In this document: positions 23,990 through 35,245 of the stretch, one piece after another
Layout: each line of letters opens with the position of its first letter
How positions within the stretch are numbered: the stretch's first letter is position 1
Assembly: GCF_004010195.1 (NCBI RefSeq)
Contig: NC_057718.1
Span: 35,794,235-35,829,479 of the forward strand
Direction: 5' to 3'
DNA: 35,245 nucleotides
DNA from: Chiloscyllium plagiosum
Taxonomy: Eukaryota
Program-made: the position numbers and the translations under genes
Notes under the pieces: generated by a model
Seen by the model: only the letters and a program-made list of their open reading frames with translations
What the model was told of the DNA's origin: nothing
The model's database searches: none

Positions 23990-25320
23990 ATTAGATGTGG
24001 TCCTCCTTGCCTTGAAATCCCCTGTCATCGCCTTTTCGGGGGAAAATAAAATCTCAATTCCCTCCCTCATGTTGCAAATAAGGAACCCCATTTCCAGTAT
24101 CCTTTTACCTTACAAAATCCTTGAACATGCTGTCAACTTCCGAATCACTCGCATCTATCCTAGAATGTCATGTCTGAATTTCCCCTAGCCATATTTCTTC
24201 TGCCACAGTACCAACAAGGCCCTGACAAAGTCATAAATAATCTCTTACTCAATGGTAAAGATAAACTATGTCTTCATTACTTTTCGACCTGTCTGCAAAC
24301 TTTAATGCAGTTAATCACTCCATTCTGTTCCAATCCTTGTTAAATGTCATGCAGCTGGGTCAGATTTCACATGTTTTGTTCTATTTATATCTATTCAGTC
24401 CCAACCACAGACAGCCTACACATTATCTCTGCCATCTCACATGGGTCTTTCTTTGGTCTCACATAAGTTGAGCATCATGTAGCCAAAATACCTGACCACC
24501 CATTTATCAAAACAAATGTCCTTTGGGAAACTTCAGTACTTACAGTATCCCACAATAACATAATTTGGAGGTGCTGGTGTTGGACTGGCGTGGACAAAGT
24601 TAAAAATCACACAACACTAGGCTATAGTCCAACTGGTTTATTTGGAGACACTAGATTTCGATTTGGAAGCAATAGGTGGTGAACAGACAGTGCCTCGAAA
24701 GCTAGTGCTTCCAAATAAACCTGTTGGACTATAACCTGGTGTTGTGAGATTTTTAACTTTGCCCAGAATAACGTAGTATGAAACCACTTAAATTGACAGC
24801 ATGCATGCTGACAACACAGCTCTACGTCACCACTATCTCTCTGAACCACTATGTCCAAGTTGTCACATTACTTACCTGGCGTCTAGCCCCTGATCAGTAG
24901 AACTTGCATTCAATTAAATGCAAGTTAATTGAATGGAAGACTGAAAGCACGCTCTTTGTTTCTTGCCACAAGCACTGTAACCAAGCCACTGACTTAATTT
25001 CTCTCTCTGGAAATGCCTGTGGCTAAACCATATGATCACAACCTTGATTTTATTTGATGCAGAGATGAACTGCCAAATACATGTCATACAATTAAGACTG
25101 CTTACTTCTGTCTTTAAGATTTCCCAATCTCAGCTCATCTGTTATCAAAACCATCTGATAACTCTCGGTCAGCATTGGAATAATTAAGCCATGTTCAATC
25201 CTCTGCAAACTTAAGGTCACAAAAAAGAACTCTGCTACCCATTGCAAGTAAAATTCCATTCAATTAATCAATGCTCCCTGGCTCTAGTTTAAACAACACC
25301 TTAATTTTAAAAATATCTAT
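23990..25320 (+). mobile_element. Decayed L2 LINE RT region, interrupted at ~24563-24761
   Basis: Remnants of PIS..LP..KILE, HST..AL.KV.N, LL.DLSA.F.AVNHSIL, and after the insert AD.TQLY and KTE. Confidence 0.7.
24563..24761. mobile_element. Foldback PLE-derived mini-element with imperfect 14-bp TSD
   Basis: CAAAGTTAAAAATCACACAACAC...TTTATTTGGA is inverted relative to TCCAAATAAACC...GTGTTGTGAGATTTTTAACTTTG. Flanks CCCA(C/G)AATAAC(A/G)TA at 24549 and 24762. Confidence 0.75.
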
Positions 25321-25379
25321 TTCAATAAAACAATCGTCTTGAGGAGTTAAGATTACATCAGTGATGATTCAATGTAATC

Positions 25380-26400
25380 ACAGTGATTACCTGTTTGCCA
25401 AAGCCCACACTGGCTGCTAGTTCAGAGTTGAAGACACAACGACGCATGAATTTATTCTTGATTGAATGCATCAATTTCAATCTCACAATCAGCGCAAAGG
25501 AGAATGAAGTAATGCACTAGCTTGTTCCAGGGAAGCTCCACCCAGAACACAAGCCTGGTCATATACCATGACCACATGCTGTCAGTAGTGGATAAGTTAA
25601 TTTACCTCAACAGCACATTCTCCTCAACATATCTATACTTACAACAAAAAAAAATGCAAATATTGTCAAAACAAGGCCAGATTTCAAACACCAGTCTGGG
25701 ATAGAACAGTACATATACCTATCATGTTGAAAATCTATACAGCAAAGGGCTCTACCCACATTAGTCTCTGAATCGGACACTTGAACTGTGTACCAAACTC
25801 ATACCAAGCAGCTCAACCACTTTCACTTGAGTTGCCTTCTGAAGCTTCTGATGATTAGTTGTCAGGACAAAACACTGGACACTGAAGTGCTCACATGTGA
25901 TCATGATGTGATACTGGCAGTGTTGGACTGGGGAGGACAAAATCAGAAGTCACCCAAAACCGTTACTGTCCAACAGGTTTATCTAAAATCACAAGCCTTT
26001 GGTGTGCTGGTCCCTCATCAGGTGAAGTCATTTGACCTGACGAAGGTGCAGTGCTCAAAGTGCTTGATTTTAAATAAACCTATTGGTGTCATGTGACTTC
26101 TCACATGCGATGACTTGCCAAACATCTATACTATATCGAGACAATGATGGTGGGGCCTGTCATACTCCCTAGATGCCTGATACACTCTTTTACCAAAGAA
26201 TATCTTCAGTGGAGATCCTGCTCTGGGTGCTCTCATAGTGGTCAAAGGAAGGATTATAAGAGCACTCTTAAGAACTCACTTAGAAGCTTTCACATCAACT
26301 TCAAGTCCTGGGAGAAGCTAGTCTACGACTACTGCAGCTGCCACAACCGAATATAAAGCAGTGCAACTCCTTTGAAATGAAACACATATGAGAAGTGCTC
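25380..26400 (+). mobile_element. Decayed RTE-clade (BovB-like) LINE 3' region, interrupted at ~25904-26099
   Basis: Contains LSVVDK..YL.ST.S, YQTHTKQLNHFHLSCL.KLL.IS.QDK..DTEVL and HSGQRKDYKSTLK.SL..F.I...SWE.L, typical of the RTE C-terminus. Confidence 0.75.
25904..26099. mobile_element. Foldback PLE-derived mini-element (same family as 24563) with TSD
   Basis: Flanks CTCACATG(T/C)GAT at 25890 and 26100. Decayed CTGATGA and CTGACGA cores lie on opposite strands around 25990-26070. Confidence 0.7.
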
Positions 26401-26621
26401 ACGAAAGACAGTCAAGACAACAAGTATCAGTGATTACATAACACAATCAGTTTCTAATGGCAAATTTAACTGGACAAATAAAATAACTGAACACTCAACT
26501 ACAACACTTTAGAATAAAAGGAGCTGAATGATTTGTATCCAAAGATGTTCATCTCTATGCATAATCCACAAGATAGGATTTAGCACAAATTAATTTCTTC
26601 AACTGAAATGCAATTTCGTAC

Positions 26622-26748
26622 CTTATGTGTGTGGCCGGAAGGGACTCATACTGGCGAGATAGAAATATCTCTCGGTGTTTAAGCTGATGTCTTTGTTTTT
26701 CTGTCAAATCTAAAATACTTGGCGTTTCCAGTTCTTCCTCCATTTCTT
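26622..26748 (-). CDS. MTA3: Internal coding exon (127 nt) of metastasis-associated protein MTA3 (BAH domain)
   Basis: Minus strand reads TATCCTGTGCAG|AA GAA ATG...CAC ATA AG|GTACGA and translates to [41 protein letters not shown](R). [21 protein letters not shown] is the MTA-family BAH motif. QYE and LT.KQ..QLKH favour MTA3 over MTA1/2 (paralogue call from recalled sequences). Confidence 0.93.
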
Positions 26749-29700
26749 CTGCACAGGATAAAATACAAAATATATTAACTTTCTTGGGGAGGCTTAGAGC
26801 AGTTAAAAGTTTTTTTTACCCCCACATGGAAAGTTATGTCTTCAACCAATACACCACACAAATTTGCAGTGCAAGCACACAAATTCCTTTTCTGCATTTG
26901 TCCTCACTGAGCTGAAATATATCCTTGATGTTTCAAAAGCATATTCGTAAACTGAACATCACTCAGTGAGGCGTGTAACACAATAGGCAATTATCACACG
27001 TACAGATAGATCGTGAAATGGATCCTTGAGAATACTGGGGGCACAAAATGACCCAAGGGATTGGGAAAATGTGGCAAAAGTACAATACACTTGCCTGAAC
27101 CTATTGTACACCACAGCAATTCTGATTTCAGTAAATAATCATTAACTCTGGTTTTAAACTACACTATTTTAAGGAAACAATAACTGGTTCCACATTTTAC
27201 CAGAATGGCCAGCTGGCAACAGCTGATAAAAATCAGAACCTAAGATCTTCTGTAGGGTCTTCTGAAATTTATCATTGAAACATTTGTTTCTTTTCACTGC
27301 ACGGATTTTGTACTTTTTCTGCAATATAATGTTTTGCACAAATACAAAACTATCTGAGAGCTAAATGAAACTTAAAAATGATATGGCATGTGACCTTCTT
27401 GAAGAGTCTTGGGGCCATCAGGGGACCATTACAATAGCTTAGTGTGGAAATCACACAGGCAAGAAATGAGCTGAATCAAAGCTTTACCAGTGAGATAAAC
27501 AACATTTGTGACAGTGCACCTTTGAGACTGAAACATCAAATAAATTGTACATCAAGATTACAAGCATAATGTGCTTCAAAAAACTCCATGAATACCTCTC
27601 CATAGAAATTCTCCCTTGACCTTGTCACTTCATGTGATCCTGCCATTTCATATGGTCTTGTTACTTCCACCAAGATAGTCAGAGATGATAGCATTTTTTA
27701 TCACTACCCTATATCATTCTCCACAAACATCCTCCATCCCAACTTTATTCTATAACCTCCCCTGGAAAAACATTCAGCAAATTCACTTAAGACTGCACTT
27801 TCAACATTGTAACATATCAGCTTCTTCAACTGGATCCTTCAATTCCCATGAGAAAATCAATATCATATTAGTAAACTTGACGCATGAGCAGTTGGGAAAG
27901 AGAACATTTTGAGTGAGGCACAGCCAGCGTGAATAGGTGTATCTGGAAACCTGGAGCATAGTGGGAACTTGGTGCAAAGTGGAAGAGGTGCTTTGTGCTT
28001 TAGAGTTTATAAGGCCAATATTCTATAGTAAGGATCAACAGGAAATTAGAGCCCTAGATTAATTGATAGTTTGATATTAAGAATCTTCCAAAAGGTATAT
28101 TTCAAAAGGAGTCTATCATGGCATAAGAGTTCAAAGCTGTACTGGTTTCCTACTCTAAGTAGGAAATTGGGTACATTTCCAGTGCCTGTGATTAGTAAAT
28201 GTGCAGGTAATGACTCCAGCTGCAGCACCTGGAAGGCTAGGTTTTGGAGGTGTGCCTGTGGCTACGTACACTATGGAGGACTCCTGAATGGGTCTTATGG
28301 TCTTATTTCTGTGCTCAGACCAAGACTCCAGGATTATAAGTTGCCTCCCTATTGCTAGGGTGAAGATATCTCAGAGCAGCTACCGGGCATTCTGGAGGGG
28401 GAGGGTGAACAGCCAGTAACAGTGGTATACAGTGGCACGAGTGACATAGTTTAAAAAAAAAGCGTGAACTCCTACAAGCACAAAATAGGGAGTTAGGAAG
28501 TAAGTTAACAAGTAGGATCTCTAAGGTACTGATCTCAGGAATATCATCAGTGCCACATACTTGTCAGAGTATAAACAGCAGGTTATATCAAATAAATATT
28601 TGACTGAAAAGATGGGGTGAAGGGAATGGTTTCAGATTACTGAGGCATTGGGTCACTTCTGGAGGAGATGGAACAAGTACAAACTGAACAGGAGGATGTC
28701 CAAAGGGAAGAATTGCTGGAGTCGTTGAGAAGGCTTTAAACTAAAATGGTGGGGACTGGAAATCTACACAAGAAGTCAGAGAAATTGGAATCATGGACAG
28801 GACCATCAAGGCAAAAAAAGGAAAATAAGAAAAGTGAGAGGCAGAGAAATCAAGGATTAGGATCAAACTGAGGCACTGTGAAAAATAATGGGAATGGGAC
28901 AAGTAATGTTAAAAAGACAAGCCCTGAGGCTCTCTGAGTTTGAATTAATCACACAAATAGATGAAAAGAGGTCTGATATAATCAGGATTATGGAGACATG
29001 GCTGAAAGATGACCAGAAGTAGGAACTAAACATTCACGAGCGTTTAGTATTTAAGAAGGATAGACAAAAAGGAAAAGATGGAGGAGTTGCATTTCCGGTT
29101 AAGGAGGAAACTAACTCAATATTAGGAAGGATATTAGCTCCAATAATATAGAATGTAGAGCTGAGAAACATCAGGCAGCAAAATAAAATAGTATTGTATG
29201 TAGAACGCCAAACACTTGGGTGATGTTCAGAATGGCATTAAAGAGGAAATTAAAGACACATGAAAAAAGGAACATCAGTAATTACAGGGGACGTCAATCT
29301 GCATATGGATTGGAGAAGTCAAATTCGTAATAATACTGTTGAGAAGGAATTCCTGGAGTGTATATGGGTTTTCTGGACAAATACTTTTCGGAACCAACTG
29401 AAGAAAAGGCCTTTATAGACTGAGTATTATGTAATGGAGAAAGGAATAATTGTCATTCTAGCTGTGGAAGGCCCCTGCGGGATGAGCGAGCATCATATGA
29501 TAGAATTCTTCATCAAGATGCACAGTGATATAGTTGATGCTCAGACCAGGGTCCTGAATCTAAATAGAGACAACTCTGATGGTATGATACATGAGTTCAC
29601 AATGACAAATTAGGATTATTATTTAAAAGGGATCGCAGTGGAAAGGCATGGCAAAAAAAATCAACAAGTGTTTGAGTGAACTGCAACAACTGTTCACTTT

Positions 29701-31270
29701 TGGCTGGCACAAATCTAAAGATGGAAAGGTGACCAAACCATGCCTTACAATAGAAATTAGAGATAGATATTAGATCCAGGAAGAAGTACATAAATTAGCC
29801 AGAAAAAAGAAACCAATCCTGAGAAGAGGGAGCAGTTTAGAATTCAACAACTAAGACAAAAGAAAATTATTCATTAAGTAAGGGAAAATACAGTATGAGA
29901 GTAGGCTTGTGGGGAACATAAACACTAACTCTAAAAGTTTCTGACGATATTTGAAAAGAAAAAAAAATTGAAGGAAAATTTAGATGCCTTACAGTCAAAA
30001 AGAGGGGAATTTATAAAGGGGGACAAAAAATGGTTGACCAAATAAATACATACTTCGGTTGTGGTCACAAAAGAAGAGCATCAATAACATACCAGAAATG
30101 TTGGGTAACACAGAGTTTAGTGACAGGGAGGAATTTAAGGAAAACAATATTAATAGGGAAATAGTGTTAGGAAAATTGATGGGACCAAAGGCCGATGAAT
30201 CCCCAAAGTAAAAATCTACATCCCAGAGTACTTAAGGATGTGGCTCCAGAAATAGTGGATGCATCGGTAGTCATCTTCCAAGATTCTAGAGATTCTGGTA
30301 CCGTTTATACAGATTGTAAGATAGCTAATGAAACCCCTCTATTTAAAAAGGCAGGCAGAGAGAAAACTGGGACTTACAGACCAGTCTGCCTGACATTAGT
30401 AGCAAGTAAAATGCTAGAGTCAATGATCCATTAGCAGAGCACTTTGAAAACAGTGGCAGGATTGAACAGTCAGTATGGATTTATGAAAAGTGAATCAAGT
30501 TTGACAAATTTACTGCAATTCTTCAAGGGTGTAACTAAGAGAGCAACTGAGGCGGACTTTCAGAAGGCATTCGACAAGCCTCACATAAGAGATTATCATG
30601 TAAGGTTTATAGATTATAGGGATTATAGATAGTGTATTAAAATGGATAGAAAACCGGCTGGCAGATAGGAAACAAAGTACGAATAAATGGGTCTTTTTCC
30701 AAACGACAAGCAATGGATAGTGAGAAACCACAGGGATCAGTATTCAGACCCCAACAATTCACAATATATAGATTAATGATTTAGATGAGGGAACTAAACA
30801 AAATATCTCCAAATGTGTAGATGACACAAAACTGGGTGGGAGTAAGATTAGGGCCAATCAAGGATAGTAGTGGGAAGTGGAGTCAGAGGAGACAGGGGAA
30901 GCACTAAATGAATAGTTTTCGACCGTATTCACTCTAGAAAACGACTATGTTGTTGAGGAGAATACTGAGATACAGGCTACTAGACTAGCTGTGATTGAGG
31001 TTCACAAGGAAGAGGTATTAGAAATCCTGCAGAGTGTGAAAATAGATAAGTCCCCTGGGCCGGATGGGATTTATCCTAGGATCCTCTGGGAAGCCAGGGA
31101 GGAGATTGCCGAGCCTTTAGCATTGATCATTAAATTGTCATTGTCTACAAGAATAGTGCCAGGAGACTGTGGGATAGCAAATGTGATTCCCCTGTTCAAG
31201 AAGGGGAGTAGAGACAATCCTGGTAATTATAGACCAGTGAGCCTTACTTCAGTTGTTGGTAAGTGTTGGA

Positions 31271-31421
31271 CCTCCAAGTCCCTCCTCCCTACCTTTTATC
31301 TTCTCCTGCTGAACACTCTCTGCTCATTCCTGAAGAAGGGCCTGTGCCCGAAACGTCGAATCTCCTGTTCCCTGGATGCTGCCTGACCTGCTGTGCTGTT
31401 CCAGCAATAAAGTTTCAACAA
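31271..31421 (+). mobile_element. PLE-derived mini-element (same family as 5584-5840) flanked by a ~125-bp duplication
   Basis: CCAAGTCCCTCCTCCCTACCTTTTATCTT...CCTGGATGCTGCCTGACCTGCTG matches 5694-5825. Flanks 31146-31270 and 31422-31547 are duplicated. Confidence 0.88.
31326..31361 (+). ncRNA. Minimal type I hammerhead ribozyme motif (best-preserved copy)
   Basis: AUUC-CUGAAGA-A-GGGC-CUGU-GCCC-GAAAC-GUC-GAAU: perfect 4-bp stem I, 4-bp stem II, palindromic ACGU stem III, GUC triplet. Confidence 0.7.
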
Positions 31422-33517
31422 TACAAGAATCGTGCCAGGAGACTGTAGGATAGCAAATGTGATTCCCCTGTTCAAGAAGGGGAGTAGAGACAATCCTGGT
31501 AATTATAGACCAGTGAGCCTTACTTCAGTTGTTGGTAAAGTGTTGGAAAACGTTAAGAGATAGAATTTATATTCATCTAGAAAAGAATTATTTGATTAGG
31601 GATGGTCAGCACGATTTTGTGAAGGGTAGGTCGGGCCTCACAAACCTTATTGAGTTCTTTGAGAAGGTGACCAAACAGGTAGATGAGAGTAAACCGGTTG
31701 ATGTGGTGTAAATGAATTTCAGCAAGGCATTCAATAAGGTTCCCTACAGGAGGCTATTGTACAAAATACGGAGGAATGGGATTGTGGGAGATATAGCAGT
31801 TTGGATCAGAAATTGGCTTGGCTGAAAGAAGACAGAGGGTGCTGGTTGATGGGAAATGTTCATCCTGGAGTCCAGTTACCAGTGGTGTACCACAAGGGTC
31901 GGTGTTGGGTCCACTGCTGTTTGTCATTTTTATAAACGATGAGGGCGTGGGCGTAGAAGGGTGGGTTAGTAAATTTGCAGACGACACTAAGGTCGGTGGA
32001 ATTGTGGATAGTGACGACGAATATTGTAAGTTACAGAGAGACATAGATAAGCTGCAGAGCTAGGCTGAGAGGTGGCAAATGGAGTTTAATGCGGACAAGT
32101 CTGAGGTGAATCACTTTGGTTGGAGTAACCGGAATGCAAAATACTGGGCTAATGGTAAGGTTCTTGGTAGTGTAGATCAGCAGAGAGATCTTGGTGTCCA
32201 GGTACACAGATCCTTGAAAGTTGCCACACGGGTTGACAGGGTTGTTAAGAAGGCATACAGTGTTTTAGCTTTTATTAATAGAGGGATTGAGTTCCGGAAC
32301 CGTGAGGTTATGCTACAGCTGTTCAAAACTCTGGTGCGGCCACACTTGGAGTATTGTTTACAGTTCTGGTCACCGCATTATAAGAAGGATGTGGAAGCTT
32401 TGGAAAGGGTGCAGAGGAGATTTACTAGGGTGTTGCCTGGTATGGAGGGAACGTCTTACGAGGAAAGGCTGAAGGACTTGAGGCTGTTTTTGCTGGAGAG
32501 AAGAAAGTTGAGAAGTGACTTAACAGGGACATATAAGATAATCAGAGGGTTAGATAGGGTGGACAGGGAGAGCCTTTCTCTAAGAATGGTGACGGCGAGC
32601 ATGAGGGGAATAGCTTTAAATTGAGGGGTGATAGATATATGACAGATGTCCGAGGTAGTTTCTTTAGTCAGAGAGTAGTAAGGGTATGGAATGCTTTGCC
32701 TGCAACGGTAGTAGATTCGCCAACTTTAAGTACATTTAAGTCGTCATTGGACAAGCATATGGACGTACGTGGAATAGTGTAGGCTAGATGGGCTTCAGAT
32801 TGGTATGACAGGTTGGTGCAACATCGAGGGCCGAAGGGCCTGTACTGCGCTGTAATGTTCTATGTTCTATGTGCTGTGAGGAGAACGTAGAGATTCTTAA
32901 GAGTGATTGTACCAGGCTTGGTGAATGAGCAAAGACATGGCAGATGCAGTACAATGTGGAAAAATGTAAGGTTATCCATTTTGGGCACAAAAACAGGAAG
33001 GCAGATTGTTATTCGAATGTCTATAAATCGCAACAGGGGAATATGTAATGAGACCTCTGTGTCCACATACACAAGTTGAAGGTAGGCATACAGGTGCAGC
33101 AGGCAGTAAAGAAGGCAAATAATATGTTGTCCTTCATAGCAAGAGGATTTGAGTACAGAAAAAGGGATGTTTTGCTGCAATTATATTGGGCGTTGGTGAA
33201 ACCACATCTGGAATCTGTGTGCAGTTTTGGTCTCCTTATCTAAGGAGAGATGTTCTTGCCAAGGGAGTACAGCGAAAGTTTATCAGACTGATTCCTGGAT
33301 GGTGAGATGGACATATGACGAGAAGTTGAATTGGTTAGGATTACGTTCATTGGAGTTGAGAAGAATTTGGCAGGTGAGAAAGCGTATAGTTTTAAATGTG
33401 ATACATTTGCTGCAGAGAATGCAGGAAAGTGCTTGTTCAAAGGAAGTGGAGACATCTGTTCTTAGCATCAATGGATCGGTGTAAATAAGTTGATAACATT
33501 TGTTCACTTGTGGAATG

Positions 33518-34555
33518 TGTGGCAGTACTTACTTTTCACGCCAGAGGCGCATATTTCACAGTAGAATGTAGAATTACTAAATTACTAGATTATACCAAAG
33601 ACTCTTAACAAAACTCATACTGAATATGAAAAGAACTTGTAATTTAATTAGCTGAGTAGAATAATCACGCAATAGAAAAATCCTGATACATTTTCATGTA
33701 TACCACACTGAGCAGATTTGAATTTATGAAGCTCAGTTCCCTCATCTTGACTGTCCTGGACTGGGAATGTCTCATTACCCTTACAGGCTAGAAAAACAAA
33801 GGTTGAAAGTGGAATAGTAAGGAACTTGTGAGAGTGAGAGAGAGAAAACTTTCTTCTGTAAATTACATTCCCTGACTGAAGGTTTCAAGGGACACAGAGA
33901 GAGACAGAGACCTGACAAAAGCTGGTGGAAAATTTTACTATTTATGGTCTGATTTGAGCGAACACTACCTTGTCATGAATTTAATGTTTGTGTGTTGTTC
34001 ACTGGACCCCAAGATCCAGGAATATTATGAATTTAATTTGCATTTTGTGAAGCGAAAATGATTTTAAAAGAGAGAGTCATTTTGTAAGACAATGATATTG
34101 GACATGTTAGCTGAGCAAAATTACCTCATGACCTTTTCCACATAATTTAGACCGGACTCTCGTTAAAATGTACTAGCCAATTGACCATCTAGCTTGGCTG
34201 GATCAAGGGTGTCCCACTTTGATGTGCATATAGCTTAATAGTCATGCCTACTCAGACATGGCAATGAGTTTCTCTTCCTCTGCAAACTTTTGCCATTGTA
34301 TTGCTGATTAAGTGGATGTGGCATTTTTGTAATTTTAATACCAATTTCTGTATTAGCTTGTTTCCAACAATAAGGAGAGTAGCCTGAGAGGGCTCCTAGG
34401 GGTAAGAGCTCAAGCCTGGCTTGTAGGTATCTATGTTATAGTGTAACATTGATGCCTTTGGTAAATAAAGGTAATAATTTAAATTAAACTGACAGAGTTT
34501 TATATTCCAGACTGCCACAGAGTACAATCTCTGGGACAAACCAAGTCAGGCTACA
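33518..34555 (+). mobile_element. Possible solo LTR
   Basis: TGTGGC...GCTACA termini (5/6 inverted) and AATAAA at ~34464. It sits between two collinear CR1 pieces. No clean TSD. Confidence 0.35.
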
Positions 34556-34589
34556 GGTAAAGTCCATCAGGGATTCCCTGAACTGTCTT

Positions 34590-34945
34590 GAAAAGGTACT
34601 TTAACGCAGGGACTAGACAGGATAGATAGAGGAAGGATGTTCCCGATGGTAGAGAGAGTCTTTAATCAGTCAACAGACATGGGGTAAACCATTAAGACTG
34701 AGAAATATCTTCATCTAGAGAGTGGTGAGCATGTAATACTCTCTGCTACAGAAAGAAGTCAAGGATAAAACATTTTACGATTTCAAGGAGTTGGCCCTTG
34801 GGGCTAAGGTGATCAAAGGGTAAGGGGGAAAACGTATGAGCAGGTTACAGAATTGGATGGTCAGCTATGGTCATAACGAATGGTGAAGCAGACTCAAAGC
34901 GCTGAATGGCCTACTCCTGCTCCTATTTTCTAAATTTCTACATTT
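34590..34945 (+). mobile_element. CR1 3' end, likely the continuation of the 27890-33370 element
   Basis: GGACTAGACAGG...GGATGTTCCCGATGG...CTGAATGGCCTACTCCTGCTCCTATTTTCT tail. Confidence 0.75.
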
Positions 34946-35154
34946 CGTACCATTCTGCGACTACCAACATGTTCAATATTTACATCCACGTTTAACTAAT
35001 GAGTACTCATTCAAACCTCTATTCTCTTTCACTCTGGGTGTGACCCCAGAACACAATTCATCTGTGTTTTGTAGAATCCAAAGAGTAGAGACTTGAATAG
35101 ATACAGGAGAAAAGTATTGTAGCCTTACATCATCAGATCTGACTGGACCACATG

Positions 35155-35228
35155 TATCAGAACATAACAATTAGGAGAAGGAGTAGTCAATGCGTACCAT
35201 TGAGTCTGCTCTGCCATTTAATGTGATC
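35155..35228 (-). mobile_element. CR1 3' tail fragment
   Basis: AGAACATAACAATTAGGAGAAGGAGTAG...GAGTCTGCTCTGCCATTTAAT is the reverse complement of the same tail type as 34870-34935. Confidence 0.6.
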
Positions 35229-35245
35229 CAAGTAGTGGGAAGTTG

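Larger units (their letters stand above)
4364..26621 (-). other. MTA3: Phase-2 GT-AG intron of MTA3 (~22.3 kb)
   Basis: GT donor at 26621-26620 and polypyrimidine/CAG acceptor ending at 4364; the flanking exons join in frame (HIR|GKC). Confidence 0.85.
30844..32872 (+). mobile_element. Younger 5'-truncated CR1 LINE nested in the older CR1
   Basis: Contains [43 protein letters not shown] and the 181-aa C-terminal ORF 32079-32624, with a (TGTTCTA)n tail at ~32855-32872. Confidence 0.93.
27890..33370 (+). mobile_element. Near full-length decayed CR1 LINE (ORF1 SGNH-esterase remnant and ORF2), interrupted at 30844-32872
   Basis: 28320-28450 resembles 'DSR...CLP.ARV.D.SE.L..ILEGEGEQP..VV..GT.DI' (CR1 ORF1 esterase). 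DII.I.ETWL at ~28975; RT motifs at 30195-30840; C-terminus resumes at 32873. Confidence 0.82.

Noticed and set aside
26555..26743. 62-aa ORF as a stand-alone small gene
   Set aside because: MTA similarity stops exactly at the GT donor (26621); the rest is intron read-through and the ATG is an internal Met.
30844..32872. Active, intact reverse transcriptase gene
   Set aside because: 5'-truncated, with in-frame stops, frameshifts and an insertion. No element in the window has an intact ORF.
26749..35245. Upstream MTA3 exon (NVEAKVVCFYRRRD-type)
   Set aside because: Not found by eye on the minus strand; presumably outside the window, though a small or alternative exon could have been missed.

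Overview
Eukaryotic, AT-rich, repeat-dense vertebrate genomic DNA, almost certainly from a cartilaginous fish (shark/ray; inferred from HE1-type tRNA SINEs and HER1/CR1 LINEs). The window lies inside a minus-strand MTA-family (NuRD subunit) gene, most likely MTA3. Two coding exons of the BAH domain are visible: 26622-26748 (127 nt) and 4300-4363 (64 nt). They have canonical AG/GT sites and compatible phases and are separated by a ~22.3-kb intron. The rest is mostly decayed retroelements: nested CR1 LINEs (one retaining ORF1 esterase remnants), L2, RTE, HE1 and Deu-type SINEs, Penelope-like elements (PLEs), a probable MITE and a possible solo LTR. Notable observations: (i) several PLE-derived mini-elements carry minimal hammerhead ribozyme cores with inverted ends and 11-17-bp target duplications, and two intact cores are on the host pre-mRNA strand; (ii) one such element is flanked by a ~125-bp duplication; (iii) a 180-bp inverted copy of a local L2/CR1 junction is inserted into a neighbouring CR1; (iv) a double hairpin with no recognisable TE origin lies at 12460-12613. 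Repeat family names come from recalled motifs, not database searches, and repeat boundaries are approximate.
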